Positions 35,517 to 43,789 of a stretch of DNA of 64,000 nt are shown piece by piece; positions within the stretch are counted from its first letter, which is position 1; each line of letters opens with the position of its first letter. The stretch is from Candidatus Acidiferrales bacterium (GTDB lineage: Bacteria > Acidobacteriota > Terriglobia > Acidiferrales > UBA7541). The DNA lies in assembly GCA_025451835.1 (NCBI GenBank), contig JANWJR010000046.1, positions 5,173 to 69,172 on the forward strand, read 5' to 3'. The position numbers and the translations under genes were made by a program. The notes below the pieces were generated by a model. That model made no database searches, was not told where the DNA came from, and was given only the letters and a program-made list of their open reading frames with translations.

Positions 35517-37501
35517 TGCGCCATCTCGGCTGAGAGAGATTGCATCGCGTCGTTCGCTGCGGGCAGGCGAACCAGGAACGTGCAGCCAGGTCCATTGGAA
35601 TTGTTCTGGGCAAGAATTTCGCCGTGATGCGCCTGCACGATTCCGTAGCAAATGCTCAGGCCGAGCCCGGTGCCTTTTCCCACTTCTTTTGTGGTGAAAA
35701 AAGGATCGAAGATACGATCGGGCTGCGCAATGCCGGGACCGTTGTCGCGGAAAAGAATTTCAAGATGGCCCCCACGCCGCAACGTCTCGATTTCGATTTT
35801 TCCGGATCGCCGCGTTTCATGCACGGCGTCGTACGCATTATTCAGTATGTTCAAGAACACCTGCTGCAATTGATGCGGATCGCCGACGGCAAGCGGCAGG
35901 TCCTCATCGTACCGCTCCACCACCTCCACGCCGTGATTCGAAAAATCGTAAGCGCGCAACTTCATCGTCTGCCGCAGAACAGAATTCACTTGCAAGGGCT
36001 CGCGCTGCGCCGGCATCTGGCGTGCAAAGCTTAGAAGATTTTGGACGATCACGCGAGTGCGCTGCGCTTCTTGCAAAATCACGCGCAGTTCCTCCTTGGC
36101 CTCTTCCGGTATCCCAGGATTCTCCAGAAGCAAATCCGTGAAGCCGACAATCGCGGCCAGCGGATTGTTCACTTCGTGCGCCACGCCGGACACGAGTTGG
36201 CCCAGCGCCGCCATTTTTTCAGTATGCATAAGCTTCGCCTGCAGGTCGGCGGCATCCGTAATATCCGTCATCACCACAACGATGCTGTTGATATCTCCCT
36301 GCTCGTCTTTCATCGGGCTGAGGCTGATGGAGAACTGCCCGGCCGTGCCATTCGCGCGCAGCAAAGGAATTTCGATATTGCCGCCCGCAGTTCCGTCCAG
36401 CGTTCGGCGCAGTGCTTCAGCGAGCAGCGGCCGTCTGGCGACCGGGACTCGTTCGACCAGTGGACGCCCTAACAGATCCTGTTCCTTATATCCCGCTTCG
36501 AAGCAGCGGCGATTCGCATAGCTGACGAGCCCCGCCGTGTCCAGCACGAGAATCATGCTTTCGGTGTTGTTCAGAATGTTCTTGTTAAAGTCGCGTTCGC
36601 GACGGTACCGCCGCTCGGCCTCGCGGCGGTCCGTAATGTCCTTCAGAACGTGGATCGTTCGCAATTCGTCATCGAGCCCGTTGTGGATGCGCGCGGAAGA
36701 AACCAAATAGAGTTTTTCGGCGGCTTCGTGAACAAATTCTTCACGGCCGGCTTTCACATCGCGACAGAACGGACAGCGGGCCGATTGTGCTGGCGTCCCA
36801 AGGATGCCGAGTTTGCCGATGTCCCGGCCCACGGCCTCGGGGGGCCGCACCGCAAGGAGTTCGGCGAGTGAGTGATTTAGACGCAGGACTCGATTGGCTG
36901 CGTCATGAACGACGATGTAGTCCGAAATAGCATCGAAGTCTTCCACCCATTGTTTTCGTGATTGCTCGATCCGCGAGAATAGCCGGACGTTCTCGAGCGC
37001 GACGGAAGCGTGGCTCACGAGAGCCTCAAGTAACTGTGCCTCGGCATCCGGCAGTTCGCGTGTCAGATCCACAAGGCATAGGACACCCAGCAAAGCGCCA
37101 TCGCTCCCTATCAATCTCGCTAGAACCAGGGCGTGCCATCCGAGAGCTTCGGCCAGTTCGATTCCCAGAGCTTTGGCGGCTGATACCGGCCGCAAGTCCA
37201 CTCCCGGAATCGCACAGAGTTGTCCCAGCAGGCCCGCCAGCCTGCGTTGCACTGAGGTATCCCAATGCTGCGCAGGACCGCTCAAAGCCCCCATATCCCA
37301 GTCGGCGCCGCGCGTCAGCACTAGCACCGAAGCACGTGCGCCCAGGATTTCGGCGGCTCGCATCGTCAACCTGCGCGCAAACTCCTGCGTGCCAACGGAT
37401 GGGTTCAGCTCAAGTGTTGTCGCGGAGAATTGCCCTAGCAGCGTCTCAAATGACCCATCGAGGCGCGAGGGTGCTTCCCGGGTTCGTTTTAGCGCACGCA
37501 T
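35513..37501 (-). CDS. cytoplasmic sensor histidine kinase (GAF-PAS-PAS-HisKA-HATPase)
   Basis: 662 aa, no TM segments. H-box HEVNNPLAAIVGFTDLL, N-box LNILNNAYDA, G-boxes RDNGPGI and GTGLGLSI. Confidence 0.9.
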   Translation of the reverse strand: MRALKRTREAPSRLDGSFETLLGQFSATTLELNPSVGTQEFARRLTMRAAEILGARASVLVLTRGADWDMGALSGPAQHWDTSVQRRLAGLLGQLCAIPGVDLRPVSAAKALGIELAEALGWHALVLARLIGSDGALLGVLCLVDLTRELPDAEAQLLEALVSHASVALENVRLFSRIEQSRKQWVEDFDAISDYIVVHDAANRVLRLNHSLAELLAVRPPEAVGRDIGKLGILGTPAQSARCPFCRDVKAGREEFVHEAAEKLYLVSSARIHNGLDDELRTIHVLKDITDRREAERRYRRERDFNKNILNNTESMILVLDTAGLVSYANRRCFEAGYKEQDLLGRPLVERVPVARRPLLAEALRRTLDGTAGGNIEIPLLRANGTAGQFSISLSPMKDEQGDINSIVVVMTDITDAADLQAKLMHTEKMAALGQLVSGVAHEVNNPLAAIVGFTDLLLENPGIPEEAKEELRVILQEAQRTRVIVQNLLSFARQMPAQREPLQVNSVLRQTMKLRAYDFSNHGVEVVERYDEDLPLAVGDPHQLQQVFLNILNNAYDAVHETRRSGKIEIETLRRGGHLEILFRDNGPGIAQPDRIFDPFFTTKEVGKGTGLGLSICYGIVQAHHGEILAQNNSNGPGCTFLVRLPAANDAMQSLSAEMAQ

Positions 37502-37620
37502 AGATCGGGGTCTACCTTAAAGGGCGGTCAGAAAAAGAGGTTACGGCTCAATCTCAATTTGAGTCAAGCAGCTGGGCATCCCCTGTTGCCCTAACGGGCA
37601 AGTAGAGACAGGTCGCAACA

Positions 37621-37658
37621 TGAGACTCCGAAGGGTAAGCTGGGGGGTAATTGAGACG
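37621..37658 (+). promoter_or_regulatory. TGAGACT / TGAGACG repeat pair 31 nt apart, candidate activator-binding elements
   Basis: TGAGACT at 37621-37627 and TGAGACG at 37652-37658; a related AGAGAC lies at 37604-37609. They are 124-155 nt upstream of the 37776 -24 element. The 9-mer TGAGACGAA is shared with the 33629-33637 site. Confidence 0.35.
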
Positions 37659-37775
37659 AAACAACCAGGCACATCGCGCTGAGCCCCATCTATCGACTTC
37701 CAATATCCACAATAGAATCAGCATCTTGTAGCAAGAAATCAGAAATCCTTCCTCATTCTTGATAATCCGTATCCA

Positions 37776-37791
37776 TGGCATGGCCCGTGCA
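37776..37791 (+). promoter_or_regulatory. candidate sigma54 (-24/-12) promoter of the second che operon
   Basis: TGGCAT-GGCCC-GTGCA against the consensus TGGCAC-N5-TTGCW, with exact spacing. It lies 48 nt upstream of ATG 37839, whose GGAGGGG RBS is at 37827-37833. Confidence 0.45.
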
Positions 37792-37838
37792 ATTTGTACT
37801 GCAGGAGAGTTTGTCCTCATTCAATGGAGGGGTATGTA

Positions 37839-38189
37839 ATGAAACGGAGACTGCGAGTGCTGGGATTGGGGCTTTCGTTACTGCTTGGGGCAACGGCGGT
37901 CGCGCCTCCCAAGCTGGCGGCTCAGGATGACTCCTTGGCATCCGCGAAGCGGAAGGTGCGAACCCGCGTAACGCCGGATTATCCCTTGCTGGCAAAACAA
38001 ATGAACGTCGCCGGCAAGGTCAAGATTGAAACTACAATTTCGGCGGACGGCCATGTGACGAACACGAAAGTAGTGGGCGGCAGCCCGCTGCTTGTAAACG
38101 CTGCCATGGAAGCTGTGAAGAAATGGCGGTTTGAGCCGGCGGCGAAAGAGTCCACCGAAATCGTCGAATTCGACTTTGGCGGCAATTAG
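37839..38189 (+). CDS. secreted TonB C-terminal domain protein
   Basis: 116 aa. Signal peptide MKRRLRVLGLGLSLLLGATAVA. TonB_C pattern (PDYPLLAKQMNVAGKVKIETTISADGHV...AVKKWRFEP). No TM anchor or Pro-rich spacer. Confidence 0.7.
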   Translation: MKRRLRVLGLGLSLLLGATAVAPPKLAAQDDSLASAKRKVRTRVTPDYPLLAKQMNVAGKVKIETTISADGHVTNTKVVGGSPLLVNAAMEAVKKWRFEPAAKESTEIVEFDFGGN

Positions 38190-38244
38190 AACTTCTTGAA
38201 TGCGCTGGGGCGTTCCTGCGGGGCAAGGAGTGGAGGCGTTGCAC

Positions 38245-40245
38245 ATGACAATTGGCAAGAAATTATATTTCGGGTTTGGCGCCATCCTGGTGGCGATGCT
38301 GATTCTGTTCATCATCAACATTTTCACCGTGACGCGCGAATACAACGCACGCTCGGCCGCCGCGGCGACTCTGTCCGACGTTCAGTCGATCGAAGACATT
38401 CGCTTCGAGATGATGGAGAACCGACTGAACTTGGGCAACTATCTTCTTAGCGGCGATCTGCGCGATGAGGACAAGACCAACCATGGCATCAACCATCTGC
38501 TCGATCTTGTAAAGCAGGAGGAGACCAAGGCTAGTGATCCAACTCTGCGATCTTCACTTTCGCAAGTGGAGGAGAACGAGCGAAGCTGGTCGGACAATTT
38601 TGCGAAACAGATGATCGCCAAGCGTCATCAGGTGGATGCGGGCGACATTACCGTGTCGGACCTGCAGATTTTTTATTTGCAGCACGATCCCGCCTCCTGG
38701 ACCACGAAATCCTCCGGCGTGCTTGACGACGCAAATCAATCCGTACGCAAGGCTTTGGATGATTCCAATGCGTCGGCGGCGGCCGCAACGCGGTGGAGCA
38801 CAATCATCACGACTCTCGGCACCTTCCTCGCCATGGTTTTCGGCTGGTTCATAGCGTTCCGCACGGCCAAGTCCATCAAGGATCCGATCTATCACCTAAT
38901 TGATGTCGCGCACCGCATCGGGGAGACCGGCGATCTCGATCAATCCATCGATATCCACCGCGATGATGAGGTCGGCATTCTCGCGGCAAATTTCAACAAG
39001 ATGATCACGCACCTGAAAGATATGGCCGGAGTCTCGGCTGCAATCGCTGAAGGCCAGTTGCAGGTCACGATCCAGCCCCGCTCGGCGCAGGACACAATGG
39101 CGCGCGCGTTCGCACGAATGACGCAGGGGCTTCGCGACATCGTGCGCCAGGTTCGAGATAGCGCGTCGCAGGTGGCAAGCGGCGCAGGCCAAATGGCCAG
39201 CGCTTCGGATGAATCGGCAAAGGTTAGCGTGCAAGCAGCCTCCGCCATCGATGAAGTTACGAGCACGATGCATGAAATGAGCATCAACGTGCAGAACGTG
39301 GTGAAGAACACTCAGGTGCAGGCTTCCAGCGTCGCGGAAACTTCGGCGTCCATCGATCAGATGGTGACATCGATTCAGCGCGTCGCGGACACAGCGAAAC
39401 TTCTCGTCGATATCTCTCATCGCTCGCGCGAAGAAGTGCAAACCGGCATGGGAACGATGGAGAAAGCCACCGAGGGCCTGAATCGCACCAGCACCGCGAT
39501 TCAATCATCCGCGGAAATTATCGATGTGCTGGGGCGGCGTGCCGACGACATTGGCAAGATTATCGAAGTGATCGATGATCTTGCCGAACAGACCAATCTG
39601 TTAGCCCTCAACGCAGCCATAGAAGCGGCTCGGGCGGGCGAGCATGGACTTGGGTTTGCCGTGGTCGCCGAGGAAGTTCGCAAGCTGGCGGAAAAGTCCA
39701 CGCAATCCACAAAGGAAATTTCGGAACTGATCCAGGGCATTCAAAAGGAAGCCCGCGAAGCCGTCGAGAACATGGACAAGAGCACCAGCATGGTCCAGGA
39801 AGGGCTGGTGCTCAATAAGGATCTCAGCTTCGCGCTTGAGAAAATCTCGAACGTGGTTGCGGAGGTCTATAAATTTTCCCAGGAGATCGGCGCGGCTACC
39901 ATGGAACAATCCAGCGGCTCGTCGCAAATCGCCAAAGCAACCAACCGTCTTACGGAAATCACGCAAGAGATCAACTCATCGGTCGAAGAGCAGGCTTCCG
40001 GCGCGCAGGCCGTGGTTCGCGCAATGGAAAAGATGCGCGAACTTGTCCAGCAATCTACTTCCAGCTCGACGGAGCTCGCGGCAGCCGCCGAGCAGATGTC
40101 GAAGCTTTCGCGGGCGCTGCTTGAATCGATGGACCGGTTTATTCTCGATGATGGTCACGCAGATTCGAGACGCTATCCAAGCAAGCGAACGTTCGGAAAC
40201 GAACGTCCGGCTCCAGTTGAATACGCTGAGGTTGCCCGCTCGTGA
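38245..40245 (+). CDS. methyl-accepting chemotaxis protein (periplasmic helical sensor, HAMP)
   Basis: TM1 (FGAILVAMLILFIINIF), a periplasmic region of about 170 aa, TM2, HAMP, and the signalling tip [36 protein letters not shown]. Confidence 0.9.
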   Translation: MTIGKKLYFGFGAILVAMLILFIINIFTVTREYNARSAAAATLSDVQSIEDIRFEMMENRLNLGNYLLSGDLRDEDKTNHGINHLLDLVKQEETKASDPTLRSSLSQVEENERSWSDNFAKQMIAKRHQVDAGDITVSDLQIFYLQHDPASWTTKSSGVLDDANQSVRKALDDSNASAAAATRWSTIITTLGTFLAMVFGWFIAFRTAKSIKDPIYHLIDVAHRIGETGDLDQSIDIHRDDEVGILAANFNKMITHLKDMAGVSAAIAEGQLQVTIQPRSAQDTMARAFARMTQGLRDIVRQVRDSASQVASGAGQMASASDESAKVSVQAASAIDEVTSTMHEMSINVQNVVKNTQVQASSVAETSASIDQMVTSIQRVADTAKLLVDISHRSREEVQTGMGTMEKATEGLNRTSTAIQSSAEIIDVLGRRADDIGKIIEVIDDLAEQTNLLALNAAIEAARAGEHGLGFAVVAEEVRKLAEKSTQSTKEISELIQGIQKEAREAVENMDKSTSMVQEGLVLNKDLSFALEKISNVVAEVYKFSQEIGAATMEQSSGSSQIAKATNRLTEITQEINSSVEEQASGAQAVVRAMEKMRELVQQSTSSSTELAAAAEQMSKLSRALLESMDRFILDDGHADSRRYPSKRTFGNERPAPVEYAEVARS

Positions 40246-40760
40246 GGACGCCAATGCCACTCATGGATAAGGACATCCAGATCGTCGGGTTTCGAATCGG
40301 ACGTGAAACCTTCGGACTCCCCATTTCCCTAGTTCGGGAGATCGTTCGCGTTCCGGAGATTACGTCCGTTCCAAATGCCCCCGATTACATCGAAGGCGTA
40401 ATCAACCTTCGCGGGCGCATCATTCCGGTAGTCGATCTACGCAAGCGTTTCGGCGAAATGATCGAGGCAAGCACGAAGAACCGGATCGTGGTGGTGGAGA
40501 TGGAAAGCCGCTTCATCGGCTTGATGGTGAATTCTGCTTCAGAAGTGCTCCGCCTGCCGCCTTCGGAAATCGAAGCGCCGCACAGTGTCTTTCAGGACGG
40601 TGAACTGAACTTCATTACCGGAGTCGGAAAGTTAAAGGGCCGCCTTGTGATTCTGCTGGATTTGAACCGAGTTCTTCAGCGTGGCGAACTGCGTAGCCTC
40701 GACGACTTGGCCGAGTCCGCAGCGATGGTTCCTGCTGGCGGCGTGGCGCGAAATCGTTAG
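40242..40760 (+). CDS. cheW: CheW coupling protein
   Basis: Contains FGLPISLVREI ... IEGVINLRGRIIPVVDL. GTG 40242 forms a GTGA overlap; an alternative ATG lies at 40254. Confidence 0.85.
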   Translation: MRTPMPLMDKDIQIVGFRIGRETFGLPISLVREIVRVPEITSVPNAPDYIEGVINLRGRIIPVVDLRKRFGEMIEASTKNRIVVVEMESRFIGLMVNSASEVLRLPPSEIEAPHSVFQDGELNFITGVGKLKGRLVILLDLNRVLQRGELRSLDDLAESAAMVPAGGVARNR

Positions 40761-40793
40761 AAGAAATCCGAGAACGCACATGACGGGGGACGA

Positions 40794-41702
40794 ATGTCCA
40801 CACTGATGACGCAGGTCCCGCTCACGGAGCCTGAGCTGAAATTGTTGCAGACGCTCGTATACCAGGAATGCGGGATGTATTTCGATGAACGCCGCACGCA
40901 TTTTCTCCGCGACCGGCTGCAGCGGCGGTTGAAAGCATGCCAGATGGATTCTTTCTACAGCTATTACCGCCTGCTTACCAGCCGAGAGGGAAAGCAGGAA
41001 CTGGTGGCGCTTCTCGAAAATCTCACGGTGAACGAGACGAGCTTTTTCCGGATCCGGCCGCAGCTCGAGCTATTTCAAAAATTTGTGCTCGAAGATCTAC
41101 TGAAGCGGAAACAGGAGCGCCGCGATTGGACGCTGCGCATCTGGAGCGCGGGCTGCTCCACGGGGCAGGAGCCGTACACCCTCGCGATCCTGATATGCGA
41201 TGCGCTTGCCTACTACTACTTGCGCAACCCCCTGCCTTTCGAAATGCCCACGCCGAAGCCGCTGATACCGCCGCCATGGAAAGTGGAGATCCTCGCATCG
41301 GACATCAACTATTCGGCTCTGCTAACGGCGCAGCAAGGCGTCTACACCGAATCGCAGATGGAAACCGTGGATTACACCTGCCGGCTCCGCTACTTCGATA
41401 AAGTGGGCGACAAGTACGCCGTTAAGGCCACCCTGAAGAGCCTGGTGCAGTTCGACTTCCACAACCTCAAGACAGAATACCTACCGCAGCGCAACGACGC
41501 CATCTTCTGCCGCAACGTCATGATCTATTTCGATGAAGCCGAGCAAAAACGCCTGGTCGGAAAGTTCCATAACTGTCTCAATTCGGACGGCTATCTATTT
41601 GTCGGCCACGCCGAAAGCCTTTTCGGATTGACGACCAAGTACCACATGGTCCATCAGAACAACGCGACCGTGTACCAGAAACTCGATGGAGCGCAGCAGT
41701 GA
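40794..41702 (+). CDS. cheR: chemotaxis protein methyltransferase CheR
   Basis: 302 aa. Contains IWSAGCSTGQEPYTLA and IFCRNVMIYF. Confidence 0.9.
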   Translation: MSTLMTQVPLTEPELKLLQTLVYQECGMYFDERRTHFLRDRLQRRLKACQMDSFYSYYRLLTSREGKQELVALLENLTVNETSFFRIRPQLELFQKFVLEDLLKRKQERRDWTLRIWSAGCSTGQEPYTLAILICDALAYYYLRNPLPFEMPTPKPLIPPPWKVEILASDINYSALLTAQQGVYTESQMETVDYTCRLRYFDKVGDKYAVKATLKSLVQFDFHNLKTEYLPQRNDAIFCRNVMIYFDEAEQKRLVGKFHNCLNSDGYLFVGHAESLFGLTTKYHMVHQNNATVYQKLDGAQQ

Positions 41703-43789
41703 CTTTTTTCCCTGACGATCGGGCCTCGGAACTCCGCGACCTTTTCTTTGAGAGTTCGGCGGAAATTGTTCAGGCCATGAATGAAGCGGGGCTTGTGCTC
41801 GAAGAGCATCCCGGCGATGAAGAAAGCCTGCGCCGCGTGCGGCGCGCCGTGCACACGCTCAAAGGCGATTCCGCGGCCTGCGGTTTCCGTGAACTCAGTG
41901 AGCTGGCGCACGACCTGGAAGACGTTCTCACCCCGGAATCAGCCAGGGAGAATTCGGGACTCGTCCCTGAAGTTGTGCTGGCAGCCGCCGACACGTTCCA
42001 TGAAATGCTCACAGCCTACTGCAGTAAGTTGCAACCGCCGGCCGGCGGCGCGTTGCGTGAGCACATCCAGCGCCTGCTTCACAAGCCAGGCCCTCTAGGG
42101 CACAAAACCTCGCGAGAGGCCAAGTTCGAATGGACTGAATACGAACGCCTGATAATCGCCGAGGCGTTTCAGTGCGGCGAAGTGGTCTATCACGTCGCCC
42201 TGCATCTGGACCCTGAATCGCTGCTGCCAGCCGCCGCGTTTGCGCTGGTTCGCAAAGCTCTTGAAGGCGCCGGAAAAATCCTGGCTCTGCACCCCGAGAG
42301 CGGTGCGACGCTGGATCAGGCTGGCCTGATTGAAACGGCGCTTTCGAGCGAAAAATCGGCGGACTGGATTCGGCAGCGCTGTCGCGTACCGTTGGTAGTT
42401 ACAAATATTTCTGTCGACAAAGTCCCCCAGCCGTCATCCGCTCCGCGCGATCTTCTCGAGATACTTCTCGAATCCGAAGCCGCCGCAGTGGCCGCCGGAA
42501 TCGGGAAAAGTACCACGGATGCCGCAACCCCGCACGGGAACGACAAATCTGGCGCAAACGGGACCGCTAATCTTGCACACGCCGCTGAAAACACGCTGCG
42601 CGTGGACGCTGGCCGCATCGACACCGTCATGAATTTGGTGGGCGAACTGATAATCGGAAAATCCATGCTTCATCGCACCATCGCGGAGTTCGAGCGGCGC
42701 TTCGCAAAGGATCCTCTGCGCGGCAAGTTTTCCGACGCGTTGGCGTTTCAATCGCGCGTGCTTGGCGAATTGCAAAAGTCCGTGATGAAGATCCGCATGG
42801 TGCCGGTCGAGCAGCTCTTCCGGCGCTTCCCGCGGATTGTGCGCGATGTCGCCAGGCAGCGCAATAAGGACGTCGTTCTCGAGATCGCAGGCCAGAACAC
42901 GGACCTCGACAAGAGCATCCTTGACGCTCTCGCCGAACCTCTGGCGCATCTGGTGCGTAACGCCGCGGATCACGGAATCGAATCTGCCGAAGAGCGGCAG
43001 AAACTCGGCAAGCCGGCGCGTGGCACGATTCGACTGGATGCGTACCATGAAGGCGATCAAGTGGTAATCGAAATTTCGGACGATGGTCGCGGTCTTGATC
43101 GCGAAAAGATCGTGCGCCGCGCTATCGAGCGCGGGATACTTACCAGCGAAGAAGCGACCCGTTTGAATGAGTCCGAAGCTCTTCATTTGATTTTCACGCC
43201 AGGCCTTAGCACCGCTGACGAAGTGACTGAGATATCAGGGCGCGGCGTAGGGTTGGATGTAGTTCACTCCGCGGTCGAAAGCCTCAAGGGCAGCATCGAT
43301 CTCGATAGCGAGCCGAGTAAAGGCGCCACGTTCCGACTGCTGGTTCCGCTGACGCTGGCCAGCATCCAGGCTCTCCTCTTTCATGCGGCCGGCAGACTCT
43401 ATGCCGTCCCACTTGGCTCGGTCGTCGAGATCACTCGGATTCACGAGAACGAGATTCACCGCGTCAGCGATCACGAGGTGTTTCAGTTGCGCAAGCAGGT
43501 CTTGACCCTAATTCGCCTCGACCGACTGGGATTCAAAGAAACGCGCGAAAAGTCGAAGCGCGTCTTCGTGGTGGTGATCGGCGCGGGAAACCGGCAATTC
43601 GGACTGGCAGTCGACAGCCTAATGGGCGAGGAAGAACTGGTGATCAAAGCTCTTGAGGATGAGCTAATCACTTCGCCACTGGTAAGCGGCGCTTCGATTC
43701 TGGGAGATGGCACCGTCGTTCTGATTTTGAACGTGCCCGCTGTCGTCTCACACCTTGCGCGGATTCCCGCTGTGGGGGCCATTGCATGA
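41699..43789 (+). CDS. cheA: chemotaxis histidine kinase CheA (single Hpt, no REC)
   Basis: Hpt AVHTLKGDSAACGF, HLVRNAADHGIE, DDGRGLD, GRGVGLDVV, and a P5 CheW-like domain. GTGA overlap with cheR. Confidence 0.9.
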   Translation: MTFFPDDRASELRDLFFESSAEIVQAMNEAGLVLEEHPGDEESLRRVRRAVHTLKGDSAACGFRELSELAHDLEDVLTPESARENSGLVPEVVLAAADTFHEMLTAYCSKLQPPAGGALREHIQRLLHKPGPLGHKTSREAKFEWTEYERLIIAEAFQCGEVVYHVALHLDPESLLPAAAFALVRKALEGAGKILALHPESGATLDQAGLIETALSSEKSADWIRQRCRVPLVVTNISVDKVPQPSSAPRDLLEILLESEAAAVAAGIGKSTTDAATPHGNDKSGANGTANLAHAAENTLRVDAGRIDTVMNLVGELIIGKSMLHRTIAEFERRFAKDPLRGKFSDALAFQSRVLGELQKSVMKIRMVPVEQLFRRFPRIVRDVARQRNKDVVLEIAGQNTDLDKSILDALAEPLAHLVRNAADHGIESAEERQKLGKPARGTIRLDAYHEGDQVVIEISDDGRGLDREKIVRRAIERGILTSEEATRLNESEALHLIFTPGLSTADEVTEISGRGVGLDVVHSAVESLKGSIDLDSEPSKGATFRLLVPLTLASIQALLFHAAGRLYAVPLGSVVEITRIHENEIHRVSDHEVFQLRKQVLTLIRLDRLGFKETREKSKRVFVVVIGAGNRQFGLAVDSLMGEEELVIKALEDELITSPLVSGASILGDGTVVLILNVPAVVSHLARIPAVGAIA

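Noticed and set aside
37567-37582. Minus-strand GGGATG-CCCAG-CTGCT upstream of the kinase operon as a sigma54 promoter
   Set aside because: It has only the bare GG-N10-GC plus TGCT. Such matches are expected about every 100-200 nt in this composition, and a sigma70-like TTGACT-N18-TAACCT nearby is an equally good explanation.
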